Source: Bacteroidota bacterium (GTDB taxonomy: Bacteria > Bacteroidota > Bacteroidia > JABEUT01). From it: a stretch of 64,000 bases of DNA. Every line of letters starts with the position of its first letter. Positions within the stretch are counted from its first letter, which is position 1. The position numbers were made by a program, and so were the translations under genes. The DNA lies in assembly GCA_013289165.1 (NCBI GenBank), contig JABDAL010000001.1, forward strand, positions 9,603 through 73,602, given 5' to 3'. A model generated the notes under the pieces. That model was given only the letters and a program-made list of their open reading frames with translations, had not been told where the DNA came from and ran no database searches. Of this stretch, positions 57,650 to 64,000 are shown in pieces.

Positions 57650-57924
57650 CACTTGCAAATTAATAGTAGGCTACATAGTAATTGTAAATCGAAGAAATGA
57701 AGGTTGTGTTTTTTCATATTATAGTGGATACTATAAACAGATTCATGCCTGCAAGGGTGCGCATGGCAATGGTTGAAAACCGCTGGCTACAGCTTACTTA
57801 CCGGCCGCTTTTTTATTCCCGGCGTTGATAGGTAATTTGCAATCTGATGTTTGCAAAAGGTATATACACATATACCTCCGAAAATCTGTTTCTAAGTTAA
57901 ATTATCATAAATTTTATTTTATAC

Positions 57925-58605
57925 ATGTCAGAACAATTTATTATTGAAGTTGCAAATGAGCAACATCTTCATTATGCAGAACAAATATGTGTCGAAATGG
58001 AAGCCTCTGCAGCAGCAAGGGGTACCGGTATTGCTAAAAGATCGCCTGATTATATACGTGAAAAAATGCTGGAAGGGAAAGCAATAGTGGCCTATACCCG
58101 CCAGGGAGCATGGGCTGGTTTTTGCTATATTGAATCGTGGAGCCACGATAAATACGTGGCAAACTCGGGGCTTATTGTTTCGCCTGATTTTCGGAAGAGC
58201 GGCTTGGCAAGGCTGATAAAGGAGAAAATTTTTAACCTGTCGAGGACAAAATATCCCGAAGCAAAAATATTCGGACTTACTACCGGACTTGCGGTAATGA
58301 AAATAAATTCGGACTTGGGATATGAGCCTGTGACCTATTCGGAACTTACCCAGGACGATGAATTTTGGAAAGGCTGCCAGAGCTGTGTCAATTACTCCAT
58401 ACTGATGAGCAAGGAAAGAAAGAATTGCCTTTGTACAGCTATGTTATATGATCCCAAAGACAAGAAACCGGAAAATAAAAAGAGCTTTTTCGATTTTGCG
58501 AAAAATTCTAAAATTCTCGAACGGCTGACAAATATAAAGCGGGTGGCATTCCTTGGACTTGGTAAAGACAAAAAAGAACAAACTGAAAAAGCAAACCAGG
58601 CATGA
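57925..58605 (+). CDS. GNAT-family N-acyltransferase at the head of the arg operon (candidate glutamate N-acyltransferase)
   Basis: 226 aa with a GNAT fold core (GLIVSPDFRKSGLARLIKEKIF). Its position, overlapping the argG start, suggests an ArgA-equivalent role. That role is inferred. Confidence 0.55.
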   Translation: MSEQFIIEVANEQHLHYAEQICVEMEASAAARGTGIAKRSPDYIREKMLEGKAIVAYTRQGAWAGFCYIESWSHDKYVANSGLIVSPDFRKSGLARLIKEKIFNLSRTKYPEAKIFGLTTGLAVMKINSDLGYEPVTYSELTQDDEFWKGCQSCVNYSILMSKERKNCLCTAMLYDPKDKKPENKKSFFDFAKNSKILERLTNIKRVAFLGLGKDKKEQTEKANQA

Positions 58606-59819
58606 GTAATAATAAAGTTGTATTGGCATTTAGCGGAGGGCTTGATACTTCTTTCTGCGCGGTTTACCTTTCCAAAGAAAAAGGCATGGAAGTACATGCC
58701 CTTACTATAAACACAGGTGGTTTCAGCAAAGAAGATGTAAAGAGGTTAGAGAAACATGCATATTCATTGGGAGCGGTATCTTATAAATGTGTGGATGCAA
58801 CAAAAGATTATTATGAAAAAATATTAAAATATCTCATCTTCGGCAATGTGTTGAAGAATAATACCTATCCTCTTTCGGTAAGTGCTGAAAGGGTTAGCCA
58901 GGCTGTTGCGGCTGCAGAATATGTAAAAGAAATAGGAGCAGAGTATATAGCACACGGCAGCACGGGGGCAGGCAATGACCAGGTGCGATTTGATATGATA
59001 TTTAATATCCTTTTGCCTACTATAAAAATCATAACTCCGATACGGGATTTGAAATTAGCGAGAGAAGAGGAAATTGCATTCTTGAAAAAGAATGGCGTGC
59101 AAATGGATTTTGAAAAGGCCAAGTATAGTATCAATAAGGGTATTTGGGGGACATCTGTGGGTGGCAAGGAAACACTTACATCGCATTTGCCATTGCCGGA
59201 AGAAGCTTGGCCTACTAAAATATCGTCGAACGAAAATGAAAAGATTGCACTCCTATTTGAGCAGGGAGAATTAATGGGAATAAATGATACCACTTTCAAA
59301 CATCCGGTGGAGGCAATACAAAAGCTCAATGAAATAGCCGCCCCCTATGGTATTGGAAGAGACATACATGTAGGCGATACTATAATAGGTATTAAGGGCA
59401 GAGTAGGATTTGAAGCTGCAGCACCTGTTGTTATTATCAAGGCACACCATGCACTCGAAAAACATGTACTTACTAAATGGCAGATATATTGGAAAGATAA
59501 TATGGCAACCTGGTATGGTAACTGGCTCCACGAAGGACAATTCCTCGACCCTGTGATGCGAAATATCGAAGTATTTTTGCAAAGTACACAGCAGTTTGTA
59601 AACGGAAAAGTTTTTGTTTCCCTGCATCCATACAGATTTATGATCGAAGGTATTGAATCGGCACATGACTTAATGTCTGCTAAATATGGTACTTATGGCG
59701 AAATGAATAAATCGTGGTCGGGTGAAGATGTGAAAGGATTTACTAAAATATTCGGAAACCAGGCTGCTATATATTACCAGGTAAATAATTTGAAGATAGA
59801 GAGCGGACATGAAGAATAA
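58602..59819 (+). CDS. argG: argininosuccinate synthase
   Basis: VLAFSGGLDTS ATP-binding motif and family-typical length of 405 aa. Confidence 0.9.
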   Translation: MSNNKVVLAFSGGLDTSFCAVYLSKEKGMEVHALTINTGGFSKEDVKRLEKHAYSLGAVSYKCVDATKDYYEKILKYLIFGNVLKNNTYPLSVSAERVSQAVAAAEYVKEIGAEYIAHGSTGAGNDQVRFDMIFNILLPTIKIITPIRDLKLAREEEIAFLKKNGVQMDFEKAKYSINKGIWGTSVGGKETLTSHLPLPEEAWPTKISSNENEKIALLFEQGELMGINDTTFKHPVEAIQKLNEIAAPYGIGRDIHVGDTIIGIKGRVGFEAAAPVVIIKAHHALEKHVLTKWQIYWKDNMATWYGNWLHEGQFLDPVMRNIEVFLQSTQQFVNGKVFVSLHPYRFMIEGIESAHDLMSAKYGTYGEMNKSWSGEDVKGFTKIFGNQAAIYYQVNNLKIESGHEE

Positions 59820-60795
59820 AATAAGGTGTGGAATAGTGGGAGGTGCCGGTTACACGGGCGGAGAAACATTGCGCTTGCTTTTATTGCATCCCCATGCCGA
59901 AGTGGTTTTTGTTCAAAGTAAAACCCAGGCGGGCAAGCCGGTATTTTCTATTCATAAAGATTGCTTCGGGCTTACTGACTTGAAGTTTACGGATAAGCCG
60001 GATGATGAAATAGAGGTATTATTTATTTGTGCAGGACATAATGAGGCTAAAAAATTTCTTCAGCAAAATTCAATTCCGGAAAAAACAAAAATAATTGACC
60101 TTAGCCAGGATTTCAGGCATAAGGAAAATAGTATTTTTGAAAAAAGAACGTTTGTTTATGGATTGCCGGAATTGAATAAAAATGTGATAAAAAGGGCGGA
60201 GAATGTTGCTAATCCGGGATGCTTTGCTACATGCATACAATTGGGTTTATTGCCACTGGCAGCAAATAATCAAATTCATTCGGAGATACATATTTCGGCT
60301 ACTACAGGCTCTACGGGTGCTGGACAGTCGTTGAGCGAGACAAGTCACTTTTCCTGGAGACAGAATAATGTAAGCCCATATAAAATATTCGGGCACCAGC
60401 ATTTAAAGGAAATGCTGGAATCATTGGGGCAATTACAGCCGATAACTCCCATCAAGATTAATTTTGTACCTTACAGGGGTGCGTTCACACGTGGAATTTT
60501 GGCTGCTACTTATTTGGATTCTCAGTTAGAAGAAGATGAGATTATCAAAATGTTTAAAGAGTATTATAAAGATTCGCCATTTGTGCATATTGTTCCATTC
60601 GATGTTGATTTGAAACAAGTCGTAAATACAAACAATTGTTTTTTGCAGGTGGTTAAAAAGGACGATAAGGTTGTTATTATAAGTGCTCTTGATAATTTGT
60701 TAAAAGGTGCATCGGGACAGGCTGTTCAGAATATGAACCTGATGTTTGGAATAGATGAAACCACCGGATTAAAATTGAAACCAGTTGCATTTTAA
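59809..60795 (+). CDS. argC: N-acyl-gamma-glutamyl-phosphate reductase
   Basis: GGAGYTGGE N-terminus and catalytic Cys context (NPGCFATC). Confidence 0.88.
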   Translation: MKNKIRCGIVGGAGYTGGETLRLLLLHPHAEVVFVQSKTQAGKPVFSIHKDCFGLTDLKFTDKPDDEIEVLFICAGHNEAKKFLQQNSIPEKTKIIDLSQDFRHKENSIFEKRTFVYGLPELNKNVIKRAENVANPGCFATCIQLGLLPLAANNQIHSEIHISATTGSTGAGQSLSETSHFSWRQNNVSPYKIFGHQHLKEMLESLGQLQPITPIKINFVPYRGAFTRGILAATYLDSQLEEDEIIKMFKEYYKDSPFVHIVPFDVDLKQVVNTNNCFLQVVKKDDKVVIISALDNLLKGASGQAVQNMNLMFGIDETTGLKLKPVAF

Positions 60796-60805
60796 ATTGA
60801 GTAAT

Positions 60806-61954
60806 ATGAAACCATTTGATGTTTATCCGCTATTTGATATTGAACCTGTAAAGGCCCAAGGTTGTTGGATTTGGGATAAAGAAGAGAAAAAATATTTGGA
60901 CTTTTATGGCGGACATGCGGTAATATCTATCGGGCATAGCCATCCGCATTATATTAAAAAAATAGAAGAACAATTAGAAAAAATCGCATTCTATTCAAAC
61001 TCCGTAAAAATACGCCAGCAGGAAGAGTTGGCACAAAAGCTGGGCGAACTTTCCGGCTATGATGACTATGCTATTTTCCTTTGCAATTCGGGGGCAGAAG
61101 CGAATGAAAATGCGCTGAAGCTTTCCTCTTTCCATAATGGGAAAAAAAGAATAATTGCATTTGAGAAGAGTTTTCATGGCAGGACATCATTGGCTGTTGC
61201 TGCTACCAATGATGTATCTATACAGGCAGCTGTGAATAATTTCCACGATATAGTTTTTCTTCCCCTGAATGATATAGAGGCATTTGAAAAAGCCATTAGT
61301 AAAGATATTTGTGCTGTGATTGTGGAAGGCATACAAGGTGTGGCAGGTATACAAACTCCTTCCAACGAGTTTTTGCAGGTTATTAGAAAAAAATGTACGG
61401 AGACCGGTGCTGTGCTGATATTGGATGAAGTACAATCGGGGTATGGAAGAACGGGTAAATTCTTTGCTCACCAGTTTGCAAACGTTCGTCCGGATGTGAT
61501 TACTGTCGCAAAGGGTATGGGTAACGGATTTCCTGTTGGAGGCGTGTTGATAGGGCCTCATATAAAACCAAAACATGGTATGCTTGGTACTACTTTTGGC
61601 GGGGCATATTTGGCATGTGCTGCTGCCATTGCTGTGTTAGATGTTATAAAAGACCAGCAGTTAATGGCCAATAGCCAAAAGGTTGGGGACTACCTGATAG
61701 AGAACCTCAGGAAGATGGAAGGTGTTAAAGAAGTACGTGGCAGAGGCTTGATGATTGGAGTAGAACTTCCTTTTAATGCAGCACAAGTGCGGAATGACTT
61801 GGTATTTAAATACCATATTTTTACCGGCTCTGCATCCAATAAAAATACTGTTCGCTTGTTACCTCCTTTAACTATTACAAAAATAGAAGCAGATCATTTC
61901 TTGCAAGGATTTACACGGGCACTACAACCACATTTACAAAGCGTAGCACAATGA
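60806..61954 (+). CDS. argD: acetyl/succinyl-ornithine aminotransferase (class III PLP)
   Basis: GHSHP, DEVQSG.GRTG, and the PLP-Lys context (DVITVAKGMGNGFP). Start set at the internal Met (MKPFDVYP). Confidence 0.88.
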   Translation: MKPFDVYPLFDIEPVKAQGCWIWDKEEKKYLDFYGGHAVISIGHSHPHYIKKIEEQLEKIAFYSNSVKIRQQEELAQKLGELSGYDDYAIFLCNSGAEANENALKLSSFHNGKKRIIAFEKSFHGRTSLAVAATNDVSIQAAVNNFHDIVFLPLNDIEAFEKAISKDICAVIVEGIQGVAGIQTPSNEFLQVIRKKCTETGAVLILDEVQSGYGRTGKFFAHQFANVRPDVITVAKGMGNGFPVGGVLIGPHIKPKHGMLGTTFGGAYLACAAAIAVLDVIKDQQLMANSQKVGDYLIENLRKMEGVKEVRGRGLMIGVELPFNAAQVRNDLVFKYHIFTGSASNKNTVRLLPPLTITKIEADHFLQGFTRALQPHLQSVAQ

Positions 61955-62907
61955 GAAATTTCACTTCAGTCCATGATGTAAAAGATCCTGTAAGCCTTAT
62001 CAGGGAGGGAATTTCTCTAAAAATAAACCCTTGGGGAAATGTACATTTAGGAAAAAATAAAACACTTGGGCTCATTTTTCTAAATCCAAGTTTACGCACG
62101 AGATTAAGTTCACAGAAAGCGGGCCAATTGCTTGGTATGAATACCATTGTGATGAATATGGATAAAGAGGGTTGGGCGCTGGAATGGACGGATGGTGCTA
62201 TAATGAATACGAATAAAACAGAGCATATTAAAGATGCAGCAATGGTATTGAGCCTCTATTGCGATATAATAGGGATGCGTTGTTTCCCTACCCTCACGGA
62301 TAGAGAGGCGGATTATAGTGAGCATGTGATGAAGCAGCTTATCAAGTATTCAACGGTTCCTGTTGTAAGCCTGGAATCTGCTATATTACACCCGTTGCAA
62401 AGTCTTGCCGATGGTATGAGCATATTTGAAAAATGGAACAAATCTAAAAAACCTAAAGTGGTGCTAACATGGGCACCTCATGTGAAAGCTTTGCCACAAG
62501 CTGTTTCCAATTCATTTAGCGAGTGGATGCAGGCTATTGATGTGGATTTTGTAATAACTCATCCCAAAGGATATGAACTGGCTCCTTCGTTTACAAAAGA
62601 GGTACAAATAAAATATGAACAAGAGGAAGCATTAAAAGGTGCCGATTTTGTGTATGTGAAAAATTGGTCTGCTTATGAACCCTATGGACAGATGCCTCCT
62701 GTAGAAAAGGATTGGCTGTTGAGCGAAAAGAAAATGAAAGTTACTAATGGCGCATACATTATGCATTGCCTCCCGGTGCGCAGGAATGTAGAGTTACCTG
62801 ACGAATTGCTGGATGGCAAAAGGAATCTGACCCCCTTGCAAGCTGAAAACAGATTATATGCTGCAACAGTTGTATTAAAAAGAATTTTAGAGAATACTAA
62901 AAGCTGA
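61951..62907 (+). CDS. argF': N-acyl-ornithine carbamoyltransferase (ArgF'-type: N-succinyl- or N-acetyl-ornithine specific)
   Basis: Transcarbamylase fold with SLRTR in place of the canonical STRTR, and an HCLP motif (HCLPVRRNVE). This is the pattern described for AOTCase/SOTCase-type enzymes. Confidence 0.7.
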   Translation: MRNFTSVHDVKDPVSLIREGISLKINPWGNVHLGKNKTLGLIFLNPSLRTRLSSQKAGQLLGMNTIVMNMDKEGWALEWTDGAIMNTNKTEHIKDAAMVLSLYCDIIGMRCFPTLTDREADYSEHVMKQLIKYSTVPVVSLESAILHPLQSLADGMSIFEKWNKSKKPKVVLTWAPHVKALPQAVSNSFSEWMQAIDVDFVITHPKGYELAPSFTKEVQIKYEQEEALKGADFVYVKNWSAYEPYGQMPPVEKDWLLSEKKMKVTNGAYIMHCLPVRRNVELPDELLDGKRNLTPLQAENRLYAATVVLKRILENTKS

Positions 62908-63701
62908 TGCAGGAACTCACTGTAGTAAAAATTGGCGGAAATATTATTGATAATAAAGAAAAGCTCAATTCTTTTCTTGAAAAATTTAATACTATAAAAG
63001 GTGCTAAGGTTCTTGTTCACGGCGGTGGGAAAGTGGCTACTGATTTATCTTCCAGGTTGGGCATAGAAGCAAAAATGGTAGATGGAAGGCGCATTACAGA
63101 CCAGCAAACACTGGAAATTGTGGTGATGGTTTATAGCGGTATTAACAAATCAATAGCTGCACAATTAAATTCCTTTGATACTAAATCTATTGGGGTTTGT
63201 GGGGCAGACTTGAATTTAATACCGGCTACAAAAAGAGTCAAAGGAGATGTTGACTATGGTTTTGTGGGAGATATATTACCGGATAAAATTCCGGTAAATG
63301 ATTGGGATACGCTTTTAGCCTCCGGTATTTGTCCTGTGGTAGCACCTATTACAGCGGATGTTTCCGGGCAATTATTAAATACCAATGCCGATACCATCGC
63401 TTCGTCTGTTGCACAGGCTTTGAGCAGGCTTTATTCCGTGAAACTTATTTATTGTTTTGAAAAGAGTGGCGTGTTAAGAAATCCTGCTGATGAAAATTCG
63501 GTGATATCAAAAATTTACACGAAAGAATACATCAAATTAAAGGAACGGAAAATTATTTCCGATGGAATGATTCCTAAGCTGGATAATGCCTGGGAGGCTA
63601 TGAAGCAAGGGGTTAATAAGGTGATTATCGGGAATGCATTACATATAGAAAAACTTACGGCTCCTGCTCACGAAACGGGTACCTTATTGGTTCTTGAATG
63701 A
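62907..63701 (+). CDS. argB: acetylglutamate kinase
   Basis: Amino-acid kinase fold (VVKIGGN, VHGGG, NTNAD). Confidence 0.85.
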   Translation: MQELTVVKIGGNIIDNKEKLNSFLEKFNTIKGAKVLVHGGGKVATDLSSRLGIEAKMVDGRRITDQQTLEIVVMVYSGINKSIAAQLNSFDTKSIGVCGADLNLIPATKRVKGDVDYGFVGDILPDKIPVNDWDTLLASGICPVVAPITADVSGQLLNTNADTIASSVAQALSRLYSVKLIYCFEKSGVLRNPADENSVISKIYTKEYIKLKERKIISDGMIPKLDNAWEAMKQGVNKVIIGNALHIEKLTAPAHETGTLLVLE

Positions 63702-64000
63702 AAAATAACGACGTAATAAATCTGCTGCAACAGCTTATATCTATTCCTTCACTAAGTAAGGAGGAAGATAAAACAGCAGATGCCATAGAATCATTTTTGA
63801 AGGAAAAGGATGTTGATGCTAAGCGCCATTTGAATAATGTTTGGGCAAAAAATAGATTTTTTGATGAAACGAAGCCTATTATATTATTAAACTCCCATCA
63901 CGATACGGTTAAGCCCAATAATGGATATACAAAAGACCCATTCAAAGCTATAATTGAAGATGGAAAACTATATGGCTTAGGCAGCAATGATGCAGGCGGA
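63698..64000 (+). CDS. argE: M20-family deacylase (ArgE-like), 5' partial at window end
   Basis: Hand translation gives MKNNDVINLLQQLISIPSLSKEEDKTAD...LLNSHHDTVKP...GKLYGLGSNDAGG, which carries M20 metal-binding motifs. The ATG overlaps the argB stop (ATGA). Confidence 0.75.
   Translation, partial: MKNNDVINLLQQLISIPSLSKEEDKTADAIESFLKEKDVDAKRHLNNVWAKNRFFDETKPIILLNSHHDTVKPNNGYTKDPFKAIIEDGKLYGLGSNDAGG

Noticed and set aside
57780-57830. CCGGCCGCTTTTTT in the arg leader as an intrinsic attenuator terminator.
   Set aside because: I could not find a complementary 5' arm of reasonable length upstream, so no terminator is called. The T-run may be incidental.

Overview
This is an AT-rich chromosomal segment that reads as Bacteroidota. 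The evidence is two proteins ending in the gliding-motility / T9SS type B C-terminal domain, two T9SS type A (Por_Secre_tail-like) cargo proteins, DUF5686 and DUF4296-type proteins, many TAnnTTTG -7 promoter boxes, and almost no Shine-Dalgarno sequences. All product calls come from reading the supplied translations for family motifs; no database search was possible. Most of the window is housekeeping: hemE, a RelA/SpoT homolog, holA, a BamA-like OMP, a Wzx-like flippase, kynU, pyrG, pdhA plus E2, dtd, rsgA, tatA, purH-mreBCD-mrdA-rodA, kmo, hemJ, prolyl oligopeptidase, and a GNAT-argG-argC-argD-argF'-argB-argE operon that runs off the 3' end. Five accessory or unexplained parts stand out. (1) Two inverted copies of a roughly 330-380 bp intergenic element carry a phased array of CCGTGACAT boxes (3755-4135 and 23120-23445); no feature class I know explains it. 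(2) A 1,885-bp IS1-family element (26150-28034) has perfect 30-bp terminal inverted repeats and an 8-bp target duplication. It carries about 1.07 kb of passenger DNA: a small basic ORF, a small membrane ORF, inverted-repeat-rich non-coding DNA and a degenerate tRNA-Asp-like sequence. (3) A very AT-rich islet lies between a frameshifted, 3'-truncated Pit phosphate-transporter pseudogene and tRNA-Lys(CTT). It holds a gene broken at an A7 run and a retropepsin-like protease with a small partner. (4) There is a tandem duplication of a T9SS cargo gene including its promoter and terminator. (5) A roughly 270-nt leader with an Arg-rich uORF precedes the arg operon. No CRISPR array or rRNA was seen, and the only canonical tRNA is tRNA-Lys.
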